Assembly: GCF_964194025.1 (NCBI RefSeq)
Contig: NC_134470.1
Coordinates: 12,896,001 to 12,960,000, forward strand
DNA length: 64,000 nt
From: Convolutriloba macropyga
Taxonomy: Eukaryota
Reading direction: 5' to 3'
Below are positions 24,301 through 38,008 of the stretch, piece by piece. The position numbers were made by a program, and so were the translations under genes. The notes beneath the pieces were generated by a model. The model ran no database searches, had not been told where the DNA came from, and saw nothing but the letters and a program-made list of their open reading frames with translations. Position 1 is the stretch's first letter, and each line of letters opens with the position of its first letter.

Positions 24301-27300
24301 CATGAGACGCTCAATGGGGAATTTCTTACTTTTAAATAATAATTGCCAGATATTTTTAACTTTAATTTGTATTTTATGTCTCTGGAAAAGGTACTTTAAA
24401 TCGGTTGATGGTACTAATAAAAAACGCCCTGTGATAAACTTTGCTAAGCACTAATGCTCCATCATATTTTACTGCCAATGAAAAACTCTTCCGATACTGT
24501 ATTTCGTTTTAGTTCCCAGACTTTTTTCTTAAAACGTTTTTCCTTCTTCCTGATAGTTAAAATTTTGATCCAAAAACACGCCTTCGGAGAGGAATTTCTA
24601 CAGACAATTTTACGACTCGAAAATTCAGATTATCTCATCCTCGCTTTCAGAATAATGTATAGTGTTTTTTTGTTCCGTCACTTCTTGAGGTTTTATTCTC
24701 CACTGGGTTGTTTTTTGTTCAGAAAATTTTGGGCGATCGATATTTTCATCATAGATAGTTGAGACTGGCATCATTAGAAAACTCGACAAGCGTAGAATTT
24801 GTAAATAAAAAGATTTTAAAAAATTTAAAATTGCGTTTTCTAGAGTGAGTTTTTGAGAGTTTTTTAGAATACGTCGTTTCCATTTTTTGTGAATTTTAGA
24901 CCGATTTGCGGTATTTTTATTCGCATTTTCCCGAATTTTGCCTAAAATTTTGTCAATGCTGCTAAAAAATGTAAAACTTGTTAACAATAGTCTGTTGATT
25001 TTTTTCAAAGATAAAAGATATTGTAGGCTATTTTGATTTAATTTTTTGGCTAAAATTTTGACTAAATATTTCAAAGTTCAGTTTTTTTTTCATCAGAAAT
25101 TGCCCGAAATCAACCTTTATATTCCACTTCGATTAATTTCGCCGGAAGTAAACACACTAAAGCAATTGTTGTAAACTCAAAAAGAAGCTATGCTTAACTC
25201 CATTTCCTCTGAGAGTAGTCTAGAATTAAATTTTTTCCGTTTTTTTTTAACTTTACTGGATGATTATCAAAAACGCAGCAATGATTCTTGATACTTTAAC
25301 TAAAAAATTATCCAGACCGAAAACACTCGAAACAATTGAGTTTATCCAATGGACAATCAGCAATAGCAAGGCTGGGTTTGGTGCAATCATGGACTGTTAA
25401 AGAACAGAAGAATTCAAATCAAAGCGCACTGTTGATAAATTCCCTGGCTTCCTAATCAGTTTCAAAGTAGTGTGTCTAGTTTTTTTACTCCAAAGTCTCT
25501 GGTCGTTTTGACATTTAAAAAAGATTGATTTTTATTTAAAGAATGGCTTAATGAAATTTAACTCTACTTTCTCTTAATTTGATCATATTGTAGCTTATTG
25601 TCAGCAAAGAAAGAATGCCGTTTCTTGTTGTTCCTTCTACTGAATTGAAATTTAATCTTTTTTGCGATTCAAGGCGTTCAGTTATGGTTTTCTGTGTTGA
25701 TACAACTAGATTTTACATATTTTTTTATTTTATCTGGTTTTCTCACATCACATTACTGAGAGTACATTATCGGCTAAATTATATTAACTGAATTATCGCC
25801 GTCATTACATTATCAGCTTTCAAAATAAGGCAGAATTGAACATATAAAACGTTTTAAAGGCGTAGATTGTGGTTTAAAGGGCTTCGAAAACTCTTTCTCG
25901 AGGTAATTAATTTAATTTTTACATTCGTATTTAATTGTCGTTTTTACTTTGTTCTCTTAGTCGTATGCAAATTTCTTGATAAAGACGGTTCTCATTCAGT
26001 TTTCATAGAAAATTAAATGGGCCTATTTTCTGATTGGAGTAGATGGCTCATGGTTCTCAAGATTTTGAAAAATAAAATTGTTTTTTCAAAATTAAAAAAA
26101 AAACAACTTTAATTCCGCATTTTCGTTTTTTTTCTCTATTTGTTACCGGGTCTCGATAATCAAGGTCAATATGACATTTTTCTGTTTGAAGAAGGTGCAA
26201 GTGTACAAAATAATTGTTTTTGAAGAATTAATTATGAATTTACTGGCTACGACATGCGTTTTTCTCAAAAAAATTTAATTAATTTTTAATTTTTGTCTAT
26301 ATTTGACGTTCTTTTGTAGACATAAAACACATTCTGACTAATTACAATTTTTAAGCGTTTCTTTTGGACGAATAAACGATCCTATTTAATCATTTCAATT
26401 TTGTATCTAAGGGTTTTCATGACTTTGAAAATAATATTTTTGAAAAATAACTTTGCACTTTTTGCTTATTTTTGCCTACTTGTTATCTATTCTCATTAAA
26501 AAAAGAGGTCACAAGCCCCGTTATTGGGTTGCGTGGAAGACTCAACCGCCAAACATCCGCGGATGGTTATCAATCTAATGCGTCTTTTTTTACTCCTCTG
26601 AGTTATTTGCGGTGGAGGCGATCTTTTTGTTCATACACTTTTTTTGAAAATATTTGAATTTTTGGGGGTTCCTCATTTGGTAGGCAATTATGCCAAAAAA
26701 GCGGATCAACGGGGTCAGAACTTCATGTGCCAACCCACATTACCGATCCTCCTTAATTCGTTTCTTATTTTGAATGCTTGTGAACAAAATAATTTACTAT
26801 TGTTTCAAGCAAAATTGAAGGTTTTTGTTTGCTAACGTAAGAGTTGAATTTCCATAAAATTTAAATTATAAGAGGCATACTGCACAAACTTGCATTTAAT
26901 GTTTATGTGACATCTCACATCTTATATGTATAAATTGAATAGCATGGACCAGGCACCGTTACTCAATAAAAACTTTGGTAAAGCTCTTTCTGTTGGATTC
27001 GCTGTTGTTAACCAATGCTTTTTGCCTTCTCTGCTGAGAGAAAGCTTGTTTAATTTCCATAGTTTTTTTTGACAGAACCTATTTTGGTGTTTCCTTGTCA
27101 TGTAAAAATTATCTTTAGTCGAAATCAATTAGTTTGAGAAGTGCGGTAGAGCTGTTGATGCAGATTTACTTTTGCCGACTCTAGATCGCGTTTCTCTAAT
27201 GTAGATTGAAGCCTTTGTGTCGAAAAAAGCACAAAAACTTATGGCTGACAAGATATAGGAAATACAATCAAATTGTCATATTTTTTCATAGTTTTTTCGG

Positions 27301-27366
27301 ATCTTTTCCATTTGTGCCCGCCCCCCTCAGTACGTTATGCCCCCCCCCCCCCCCCCCAGTAACAGA

Positions 27367-29466
27367 CCCGGGCTGAGGTGTCAACGCTAAAAAACGCAAA
27401 ATCATGTAAGATTGGCATTGAATGCGTTGAATTTGTGTAAGATCTACGCCTGAGCGTAGATCTTACATAAATTCAACGCATTCAACGCTAATCTTACATA
27501 ATTTTGTGTTGAATTTTGGCGTAGATCTTACATAATTAGCGTTGAATTTTAGCGTAGATCCTACATATTTAGCGTTGAATTTAGAGTTGATCTTACATAA
27601 ATTCAACGCATTCAACGCTAATCTTACGTAATTTTGCGTTGAATTTTGGCGTAGATCTTACATATTTAGCGTTGAATTTTAGCGTAGATCTTACATATTT
27701 AGCGTTGAATTTAGAGTTGATCTTACATAAATTCAACGCATTCAACGCTAATCTTACATAATTTTCCGTTGAATTTTGGCGTAGATCTTAAATATTTAGC
27801 CTTGATTTTCAGCGTAGATCTTACATATTTAGCGTTGAATTTAGCGTTGATCTTACCTATATTCAACGCATTCAACGCTAATCTTACGTAATTTTGCGTT
27901 GAATTTTGGCGTAGATCTTACATTTTTAGCGTTGAATTTAAGGGTTGATCTTACATAAGTTCAACGCATTCAACGCTAATTTACATGATTTTGGGTTGAA
28001 TTTTGGCGTAGATCTTACATATTTAGCGTTGAATTTTAGCGTTGATCTTACATAAATTCAACGCATTCGACGCAAATCTTACATAATTTTGCGTTGATTT
28101 TTGGAGTAGATCTTACATATTAAGCGTTGAATTTTAGCGTAGATCTTACATATTTAGCCTTGAATTTGGCGTTGATCTAACATAAATTCAACGCATTCAA
28201 CGCTAATCTTTCCATTCCATTTCAGACCACTTTACGATCTCAAAAGTTTTTCAAGTTATTTTTTCAAAAAGTAATTTTTTTCACTTTTTCGACACCCTAT
28301 ACTTCACAGGTTAGAAACATAAGATCAGAAAAAAATCATTTTTAGTGCTCTTTCATAGTGCAAAATCCAATTCTGACCATTTTACGATTTCAAACTTTTC
28401 AAGTTTTTTCAAAAGACTATTTTTTTTACTGTTTCGATCCCATATACTGCACAGGTGAGAAAAGTGAAGTCAGCAAAAAATCACTTTTTAGTGCTCTTTC
28501 ATAATGCAAAATCCATTTTAGACCATTTTACGATTTCAGAACTTTTCCAAGTTTTTTTTTCAAAAAATCATTTTTTTTTCTCTGTTTCGAACCCTATACT
28601 GCAAAGGTGAGAAACATGAGATCGGAAAAAAATCATTTTTAGTGCTCTTTTATAGTGCAAGAACCAATTCAGACCATGTTACGATTTCAAATTTTTTAAA
28701 TTTTTTTTTCGAAAAATTAATATTTTTACTGTTTCGACCCCTACACTGCACAAGTGAGAAAACTTAAGTCAGCAAAAAATAACCTTTGAGTGCTCTCTTA
28801 AGGTGCCAAAACCATTTCAGACCATATTAGGAATTCAAATTTTTTCAAAACTTTTAAAAAAATTGGAATTTTTCCCAGTACGCTTCACATGGTAAATGCG
28901 TTGAATATGCTAAGTTAAATACTACGCAAAATCAACGCAAAATATGTAAAGTCTACGCTAAATTCAACGCAAAATATGTAAGATCTACGCTTTATAAGAA
29001 TTGGGTCTCTTAAGGAAACCAAGGTACTGTGGCACAATGGTAGAAGGGGCGACAAGCAAACAGGAGGTCAGCAGTTCGGGTCCCATACGCAACTGGAGGT
29101 TAATAGTTCAAGTGGACGCTTTGATTTTTTGTAAGATCAACTCTAAATTCAACGCAAAAATATGTAAGATCTACGCTAAATTCAACGCTAATTATGTAAG
29201 ATCTACGCTAAATTCAACGCTAAATATGTAAGATCTACGCTAAATTCAACGGTAAATATGTAAAATCAGCGGCAACTAGCGTTGGCAAGTAGGAAAACTC
29301 ACCGCAATTTTCTTTCATAAATTTGCGTTGAATGCCTTGAATTTTTGTCTCCAATTTCAACGCATTCAACACAAAATTATGTAAGAAAATTGCGGTGATT
29401 TTTCCGACTTGTCAACGCTAGTTGCCGCTGATCTTATATAATTTTGGCCAAGTTCCTCGGCCCGGG
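27367..29466. mobile_element. Non-autonomous foldback DNA transposon with CCC/GGG ends and minisatellite arms
   Basis: TIR cccgggctgagg / cctcggcccggg, ga on both flanks; many gcgttgaattt and gtagatcttaca subrepeats in opposite orientation on the two arms. Confidence 0.7.
29023..29095 (+). other. tRNA-derived (Pol III A/B box) segment inside the foldback element; second copy at 32425-32497
   Basis: A box tggcacaatgg, B-box-like gttcgggtccc; no clean cloverleaf. Confidence 0.5.
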
Positions 29467-29658
29467 GAGCACGAGTCATTACATAGTAATTTATTATGTA
29501 ACGTATGGCACGTGCGTCTAGAGGGTGCAAATAATATGCGCCCACTAAGCCGGGGAGCACAAACGGAAAAGATACGTCTTTCTCATGGATGAAAAACCAT
29601 GGAATGAAATATGGTTTAATTTCTAAAATCAATAAGTTTTCTAAAATTAATCAGTTAT

Positions 29659-29985
29659 TTAGGCTGGCCTCATTCCGTCAAACATCTGGCTGACACTTAG
29701 TTCAATCTCAAACTCTCTTGGTTCCATGGTTCGAACATATCTCGCCCTTTGAGCTTCTTTCCATGCTTTCCTTCTGGCTCTACGCTCTTTCCTCTCTGCC
29801 CTATCATCCTCTTTTTCACCGATTATGAAACCGTGTTCATCTCGGACGACTACAGTTGTTTTTTGCTTGCGTTGACGTCTCTTGAGAGACATTTCTGGGC
29901 TGGGAGTCCCGTCATCTTCATCTTCGTCATTCACCGGACTGGTGGACTTGTCAGCGCTGCTTGTGATGTCCGTTTCGGAAGCAAT
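29659..29985 (-). CDS. Orphan charged protein, duplicated (distal) terminal exon
   Basis: Intact acceptor ccgttcag, open frame, 3 aa differences from the proximal copy. Confidence 0.5.
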   Translation of the reverse strand: MASETDITSSADKSTSPVNDEDEDDGTPSPEMSLKRRQRKQKTTVVVRDEHGFIIGEKEDDRAERKERRARRKAWKEAQRARYVRTMEPREFEIELSVSQMFDGMRPA

Positions 29986-32900
29986 CTGAACGGTCAAGAA
30001 TGAAACTCAAATTATTTTGTATGATAAATCCATTTTTTTAATTTGCCCCGCTCTAGATGTGAAGTTTACTAGAACCATGCCCGCGACCCACATTTTATCG
30101 GTATCGACCAGTTTTTTTTGTTCCCAATATCTTTTTGAAAGTTCAACGTCTCAACTAGGTTGGAAATCAACCTTACTCAATCAATAATATAATTAGATGA
30201 ACAGATGTGAAATGTATTCATAAAATGACAAATGGCGGCGGTTTTCAGTTGAACCTGATTTAATATCGTTGAAAGATATTTGAATGACATCTCAGGTTGA
30301 GGTCTCAGACCGAAATCAAGAATGTCTAGAGGTTCTAAGACTTATGCCCGCTCATGTTCAGAATTTTGTACATTTTCTTGATCTGGTAGTCCAGCCTGGG
30401 ATGGTAAGTTAAAGTAAAAGGTGACCCGCCCCCACTTGCAAACACAGGTCAAAAATGCAGTCACAATTTGCGGGAAAAGGCCGTGAAAAACGGGAAATTC
30501 TCAGCAAACCTGAAGAGTCTGACTTACAGCTTAAATAAATCTGGCTTTGTTAATTTATGAGGATGATAAAATTGATTACAGTTTTCATGATCTAGCCAAA
30601 CTCGAGGACAACATTTTAGGTAGAACCAAAGTCGATGACATTTGTTCTTTGTCGAGCCAAAATTGCGGTCAGCGGTTTCAGATTCGTCTTAAGTCGACAA
30701 CATTAAATTAAGTTGATCCAAACGCTGTTCAAGGCCTGATCGGTCGAGGTTGGTCTGTTAACGGCAAATACCGAACAACCCTAGTCCAAACGTAATGTCA
30801 AATTTGCAAATATTTGCAAATTTTTTGGGATTAATGTCAAATTTGCAAATATTTGCAAATTTTCACTGCTGAAGGTCAAATTTGCAAACTTTTTCATTTT
30901 TTTATGAAGAGAGGCCTTAAGCTTAGATTTAGGTTACATAATTAGCGTTGAATTTAACGTAGATCCTACATATTTCGCGTTGAATTTAGAGTTGATCTTA
31001 CATAAATTCAACGCATTCAACGCTAATCTTACGTAATTTTGCGTTGAATTTTGGCGTAGGTCTTACATATTAAGCGTTGAATTTTAGCGTAGATCTAACA
31101 TATTTAGCGTTGAATTTAGAGTTGATCTTACATAAATTCAACGCATTCAACGCTAATCTTACATAATTTTCCGTTGAATTTTGGCGTAGATCTTAAATAT
31201 TTAGCCTTGATTTTTAGCGTAGATCTTACATATTTAGCGTTGAATTTAGCGTTGATCTTACCTATATTCAACGCATTCAACGCTAATCTTACGTAATTTT
31301 GCGTTGAATTTTGGCGTAGATCTTACATTTTTAGCGTTGAATTTAAGGTTTGATCTTACATAAGTTCAACGCATTCAACGCTAATTTACATAATTTTGGG
31401 TTGAATTTTGGCGTAGATCTTACACATTTAGCGTTGAATTTTAGCGTTGATCTTACATAAATTCAACGCATTCAACGCTAATCTTACATAATTTTGCGTT
31501 GATTTTTGGAGTAGATCTTACATATTAAGTGTTGAATTTTAGCGTAGATCTTACATATTTAGCCTTGAATTTGGCGTTGATCTAACATAAATTCAACGCA
31601 TTCAACGCTAATCTTTCCATTCCATTTCGGACCACTTTACGATCTCAAAAGTTTTTCAAGTTTTTTTTTCAAAAAGTAATTTTTTTCACTTTTTCGACAC
31701 CCTATACTTCACAGGTTAGAAACATAAGATCAGAAAAAAATCATTTTTAGTGCTCTTTCATAGTGCAAAATCCAATTCAGACCATTTTACGATTTCAAAT
31801 TTTTCAAGTTGTTTCAAAAGACTATTTTTTTTACTGTTTCGATCCCATATACTGCACAGGTGAGAAAAGTGAAGTCAGCAAAAAATCACTTTTTAGTGCT
31901 CTTTCATAATGCAAAATCCATTTTAGACCATTTTACGATTTCAGAACTTTTCCCAGTTTTTTTCAAAAAATCATTTTTTTTCACTGTTTCGAACCCTATA
32001 CTGCAAAGGTGAGAAACATGAGATCGGAAAAAAATCATTTTTAGTGCTCTTTTATAGTGCAAGAACCAATTCAGACCATGTTACGATTTCAAATTTTTTA
32101 AATTTTTTTTTCGAAAAATTAAAATTTTTACTGTTTCGACCCCTACACTGCACAAGTGAGAAAACTTAAGTCAGCAAAAAATAACCTTTGAGTGCTCTCT
32201 TAAGGTGCCAAAACCATTTCAGACCATATTAGGAATTCAAATTTTTTCAAAACTTTTAAAAAAATTGGAATTTTTCCCAGTACGCTTCACATGGTAAATG
32301 CGTTGAATATGCTAAGTTAAATACTACGCAAAATCAACGCAAAATATGTAAAGTCTACGCTAAATTCAACGCAAAATATGTAAGATCTACGCTTTATAAG
32401 AATTGGGTCTCTTAAGGAAACCAAGGTACTGTGGCACAATGGTAGAAGGGGCGACAAGCAAACAGGAGGTCAGCAGTTCGGGTCCCATACGCAACTGGAG
32501 GTTAATAGTTCAAGTGGATGCTTTGATTTTTTGTAAGATCAACTCTAAATTCAACGCAAAAATATGTAAGATCTACGCTAAATTCAACGCTAATTATGTA
32601 AGATCTACGCTAAATTCAACGCTAAATATGTAAGATCTACGCTAAATTCAACGGTAAATATGTAAAATCAGCGGCAACTAGCGTTGGCAAGTAGGAAAAC
32701 TCACCGCAATTTTCTTTCATAAATTTGCGTTGAATGCCTTGAATTTTTGTCTCCAATTTCAACGCATTCAACACAAAATTATGTAAGAAAATTGCGGTGA
32801 TTTTTCCGACTTGTCAACGCTAGTTGCCGCTGATCTTATATAATTTTGGCCAAGTTCCTCGGCCCGGGGAGCACGAGTCATTACATAGTAATTTATTATG

Positions 32901-33060
32901 TAAAGTATGGCACGTGCGTCTAGAGGGTGCAAATAATATGCGCCCACTAAGCCGGGGAGCACAAACGGAAAAGATACGTCTTTCTCATGGATGAAAAATC
33001 ATGAAATGAAATATGGTTTTATTTCTAAAATCAATAAGTTTTCTAAAATTAATCAGTTAT

Positions 33061-33387
33061 TTAGGCTGGCCTCATTCCCTCAAACATCTGGCTGACACTT
33101 AGTTCAATCTCAAACTCTCTTGGTTCCATGGTTCGAACATATCTCGCTCTTTGAGCTTCTTTCCATGCTTTCCTTCTGGCTCTACGCTCTTTCCTCTCTG
33201 CCCTATCATCCTCTTTTTCACCGATTATGAAACCGTGTTCATCTCGGACGACTACAGTTGTTTTTCGCTTGCGTTGACGTCTCTCGAGAGACATTTCTGG
33301 GCTGGGAGTCCCGTCATCTTCATCTTCGTCATTCACCGGACTGGTGGACTTGTCAGCGCTGCTTGTGATGTCCGTTTCGGAAGCAAT
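33061..33387 (-). CDS. Orphan charged/coiled-coil protein, terminal exon 4
   Basis: Acceptor ccgttcag|ATT, phase 0 matching the exon 3 donor; 108 aa to TAA. Confidence 0.75.
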   Translation of the reverse strand: MASETDITSSADKSTSPVNDEDEDDGTPSPEMSLERRQRKRKTTVVVRDEHGFIIGEKEDDRAERKERRARRKAWKEAQRARYVRTMEPREFEIELSVSQMFEGMRPA

Positions 33388-34180
33388 CTGAACGGTCAAG
33401 AATGAAACTCAAATTATTTTGTATGATAAATCCATTTTTTTAATTTGCCCCGCTCTAGATGTGAAGTTTTACTAGAACCATGCCCGCGACCCACATTTTA
33501 TCGGTATCGACCAGTTTTTTTGTTCCCAATATCTTTTTGAAAGGTCAACGTCTCAACTAGGTTGGAAATCAACCTTACTCAATCAATAATATAATTAGAT
33601 GAACAGATGTGAAATGTATTCATAAAATGACAAACGGCGGCGGTTTTCAGTTGAACCTGATTTAATATCGTTGAAAGATATCTGAATGACATCTCAGGTT
33701 GAGGTCTCAGACCGAAATCAAGAATGTCTAGAGGGTCTAAGACTTATGTGCGCTCATGTTCAGAATTTTGTACAATTTCTCGATCTGATAGTCCAGCCTG
33801 GGATGGTAAGTTAAAGTAGAAGGTGACCCGCCCCCACTTGCAAACACCGGTCAAAAATGCAACCACAATTTGCGGGAAAAGGCCGTGAAAAACGGGAAGT
33901 TCTCAGCAAACCTGAAGAGTCTGACTTACAGCTTAAATAAATCTGGCTTTGTTAATTTATGAGGATGATAAAATTGATTACAGTTTTCATGATAGAGCCA
34001 AACTCGAGGACAACATTTTAGGTAGAGACAAAGTCGATGACATTTGTTCTTTGTCGAGCCAAAATTGCGGTCAGCGGTTTCAGATTCGTCTTAAGTCGAC
34101 AACATTAAATTAAGTTGATCCAAATGCTGTTCATGGCCTGATCGGTCGAGGACGGTCTGTTAACGGCAAAAACCGGACGA

Positions 34181-34595
34181 CCCTAGTCCAAACGTAATGT
34201 CAAATTTGCAAATATTTGCAAATTTTTTGGGATTAATGTCAAATTTGCAAATTTTCACTGCTGAAGGTCAAATTTGCAAATTTTTTCATTTTTTTATGAA
34301 GAGAGGCCTTAAGCTTAGATTTAGGACGTTTTTATTGATTTTTGGGCCAATTTTCAATTGAAAAAGCCGAGGTCAAATTTGTAAAAAAAGTTGCAAATTA
34401 ATGTGAGAGTTGCAAATTAATGTCAAAGTTATAAAATTATTTGCAAAATAATGTGAGAATTTGCAAAAATTTGCAAATTAATGTCAAATTTGCAAAACCT
34501 GCTTGCAAATATTTGCAAATATAATACATTATTTTACAAAGTTTGTAAATCAATTTGCAAATTTTTGCAAATTTGACCTTGGGTTTGGACTAGGG
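34181..34595. mobile_element. MITE with tttgcaaa subrepeats (truncated copy at ~30779-30933)
   Basis: 13-bp TIR ccctagtccaaac / gtttggactaggg, 2-bp TSD ga. Confidence 0.8.
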
Positions 34596-34667
34596 GAGGA
34601 CGTTTTAAAAAAAACAGGCCTCGACTAGGACATTTATAAAAACCTCGACCTCTTCTGGCCAACTTAC

Positions 34668-34871
34668 ATCTTTTCCATCCTTCTCATCCTCGTCTCTTTG
34701 GGAAGTGGCGGCCAGGATGTCCTCTGTGGAAAGAGTGCCGTGTTGGTCTATCAACTTGATGTAGTACTGGGATGTCTTCCTGTCTCTCTTCTGTTCAAAT
34801 GTCTCTCTCAGCCTCTCCTCCTCTCGCCTCTTCTTGTCAGCCAGTCTCTGCTGTTCTTTCAGCTCGCATTC
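34668..34871 (-). CDS. Orphan protein exon 3 (ECELKEQQRL...EDEKDGKD, 68 aa)
   Basis: tag| acceptor, |gtaagt donor, 204 nt open, phase 0/0, coding-like composition. Confidence 0.75.
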
Positions 34872-36365
34872 CTATTATTTTTAAAGGAATTATAATAACG
34901 TACTAGAAATGTTTGTAGTTTTCATCTATATCTAAAAGAGATAGATTTCGTTGAATTATATGAATGCCCCATTTTACATTATGCCCGAAAAACTTACGAA
35001 AATGATCTTTTTATCGAAATACGGAAAAACAGTTAAAGCCCTTGCATTTTATATAGTATTGCACTCTTGAAGCGTTATCAATCGAAAAATAAAGAATTGT
35101 GGCCGGTACTTTTATGAAAACGAACAATTTTAAGCATATTTTTCAAGACCCGGATTCAGCTGCCAGCCGGGATTGAAAAGTTCAAAAAATAATTCAAAAA
35201 ATTATAAAGTGACATCTCCATATTATGGCGTCTATGAAAAGTTGTAGTCATAAAAATTTCATTCAATGAAGTTTTTAAAAATGATTTTTTTGAGAAATCC
35301 GAAAAAACGCGAAAACAATAACACGAAAAAATTTATTTGAAAAAATTTAAGTAGAATAACATACGTAAGTCACTTTGGTGATCGGGTATTTATGGGAGTG
35401 GTGTAGTCATAGAACGCCATTTAACAAAATTGTTACCCAGATGGAACTGAAAGATCATAATTTATATTTCTTTGGCAAATTACTGATTCCACCGTTCAAT
35501 TATGCCTGAGATTTAGGCAAGGTATCGAATCTGTACATTCTCCTATGGAGAAGTCATAATCAAAGAACTTCATAAGGCAAAAAAAACCTCAATTATTTTT
35601 TAACAGTGCGATTTTTAAAACTGGAACATTGTATCGCATCAACTACACATTAAAATTACTCAGCATTTTCATTCAAAAATCTTGACCCTATTTGGAGCGA
35701 CCATAACCAAATAAAAAAAACTTCGATGAAAAACTTTCAAAGGACATCTCATTGGATCAACTAAAAACCACTATATAAATTTAAAGTAACCTTGTTCACA
35801 TGAAACGTTTTCCAAATAAAAGTCTCTCTACGACTAAATAGACAATTCTTAGGCTGAAAAAAAAAGATTTTTAGCAATATCATATCTAGGAAAAAAAAGA
35901 GCCACCATTTTAGCTCATTTTGCAGGAAAAAATTTCAATCTAATTTCTTTAGTAGTTTAGCAAGCTCATGAGGTCTCATGAAATAACGAAGGTTCTTTAA
36001 ATACTTGTTTGCTGTAACTGAGAATTTTTAACCATAGACCTACCAATTTTGATAAAGTTGTTGTCATACAACTCCCTTTCATGGAAAAATTGTAGTCCTA
36101 GAACTTCCACTTAAGAAAAACTTTTAGTCGCAGAACTTGCGTTCATGACAAATATGTAATTATACCAACTTTTTGATTTTTTTTTTGATTTTTTGAATAC
36201 AATTTGTTTCAATGTAGTCTTTAGCAATTTTACAATTATATTATTAGAAAAATTTCTCCTCCATATAAATCCCTCAAATTTTTTATTCTTTTTCTTGTGC
36301 CCCTTCCAGTTTTTGAAATAACTTTTTTTTCAAACTTCGATAAAACTTCTGAGGGTTATAAAGTT

Positions 36366-36599
36366 TGGAATGATACGTACACAAAACGTGTAAAACTGAC
36401 AGAAGAAAAAGCCGGACTCGCTTACATATTCCCCACTTCTTTTTTTGGAATGATACGTACACAAAACGTGTAAAACTGACAGAAGAAAAAGCCGGACTCG
36501 CTTACATATTCCCCACTTCTTTTTTTGGTATGATACGTACACAAAACGTGTAAAACTGACAGAAGAAAAAGCCGGACTCGCTTACATATTCCCCACTTC
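36366..36599. repeat. 3 x 80-bp tandem repeat (intronic)
   Basis: tgatacgtacac recurs at 36371, 36451 and 36531. Confidence 0.92.
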
Positions 36600-37085
36600 C
36601 GAAAAATTGGGAAGAATTTGCTTAATGGGTTGAAAAAATACGATCAAAAAAGTCTAACAATTGAACTGAATTAACAAAAAAAGGGAAGATGAGATAAATG
36701 AAATGTGCTCAAAAACAAGTAGGCAAAAGGAGTCGGGTGTTGTTATTATGGCAAAATCAAGAATCTCTAATTTTTAAATTTTTATCTCTCTTTAGATCTT
36801 GCATTGTCAGTTTAAAAGGTACCTATGGTGAACAGAACGTTGAGGATCATATCAAACAAGTTAAATCTTGCTAATAACTTACTATGCTACATTGCAAGAA
36901 ACGGTTAATTATTGCATGAATTTGCTGCATTTCTTTCTTGAGTTTTGTCTAAATTTGACAGAAAAACCAAACCAGGTTAAGCAACACAAACCAATTTGTG
37001 GCAATTATTTGTAAATTGGGAGATCAAGATTAAACAAAATATTTTTAAATTAAGCGAGTTCTTAAGGTTTATTAAGGCTATCGAC

Positions 37086-37270
37086 CCCAGACGAACGGTT
37101 ATCTTGCAAAATCTTGCAAGAATCTTGTACATAACGTTTATCTTGCAAGATGAAAGATCCGGACACTTATCTTACAAAAATATTGCAAGAATCTTGCAAA
37201 CAACGTTTATCTTGCAAGATGCAAGATCCGGACACTTATCTTACAAGAATCATGCAAGATCTTCCTCAGG
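37086..37270. repeat. Short atcttgcaaga-rich MITE-like repeat
   Basis: Repeated palindromic tcttgcaaga and a duplicated agatccggacacttatcttac. Confidence 0.6.
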
Positions 37271-37325
37271 TGTTCCATGTTTTGGTGATGTTCAATTTGT
37301 TTCTCTTCAATGTAGCTATACTGAC

Positions 37326-37516
37326 CTTTACCAATCGGTCCAATTCTCGTATTTTGTTCTGTATTTTCTCTCCCCCGTACACTTCTCTCACTACAATCCC
37401 GTGGTTCTTCAATTTAGTTGAGTTTCTCAAAATGGACTTGAGTTTCTCTTGGGGAAGCTGGCTCAATTTTTCAGCAAATTTTTCTGCTGGGTTCGAAGAC
37501 TTACGTCGCTCTCGAC
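37326..37516 (-). CDS. Orphan protein exon 2
   Basis: ttcttgacag| acceptor (phase 1), aag|gtcagt donor (phase 0), open frame. Confidence 0.72.
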
Positions 37517-38008
37517 CTGTCAAGAACTTAAGAAATTACAAAACAAAGCTAGTTAAAAAGAGAATAACAGCTCTCAAATATATTTTTGAATAACAACCTC
37601 GCTATAGTTTAGATATTGAGGATCCAAAATAACTGCTCCAAGCGAGTGCTTAAAGGCCACAGGTTTTATTGAAAGGTAGAATTCTTAAACCAAATTCTAG
37701 AGTGAAAATTACCCTGATCTGGACTCTCAGCTATATACCCGGATATAGACTCTATGAATATTAATCAGAAGTAGAATGATATGAAGAATAATAAATTCTT
37801 TCTGCTTCATTGCAGGGGCCGAACAGCATTAGGCCATTGCGATATTGTTGCACCCTCGGCCTGTTGCCAGCTGCACTTTTATTACCCCCACACTTCAGAC
37901 AGTTCTTTTCACGAGCAGTATAGCTTCTTTTAGTCACTATGACCCCCTTTTTGGGTCTGAAACCTTCACTTAGCGCCACCATTGCAAACAAAATATCTCA
38001 AGCTGTTG

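Larger units (their letters stand above)
27528..34325. repeat. Tandem duplication, 2 x ~3.4 kb (junction at 30933/30934)
   Basis: ORFs repeat at a 3402 offset (29001/32403, 29659/33061); copies differ by scattered substitutions. Confidence 0.95.

Noticed and set aside
22300-27200. Short ORFs including 24625-25074 (149 aa)
   Set aside because: K/N/I/L/F-biased translations of AT-rich DNA with no motifs or consistent splice pattern
29023-29095. Functional tRNA gene
   Set aside because: No proper acceptor or anticodon stems; degenerate B box
36330-36599. CRISPR-like 80-bp repeats and overlapping ORF
   Set aside because: Identical head-to-tail units, no spacers, no cas genes, eukaryotic intron
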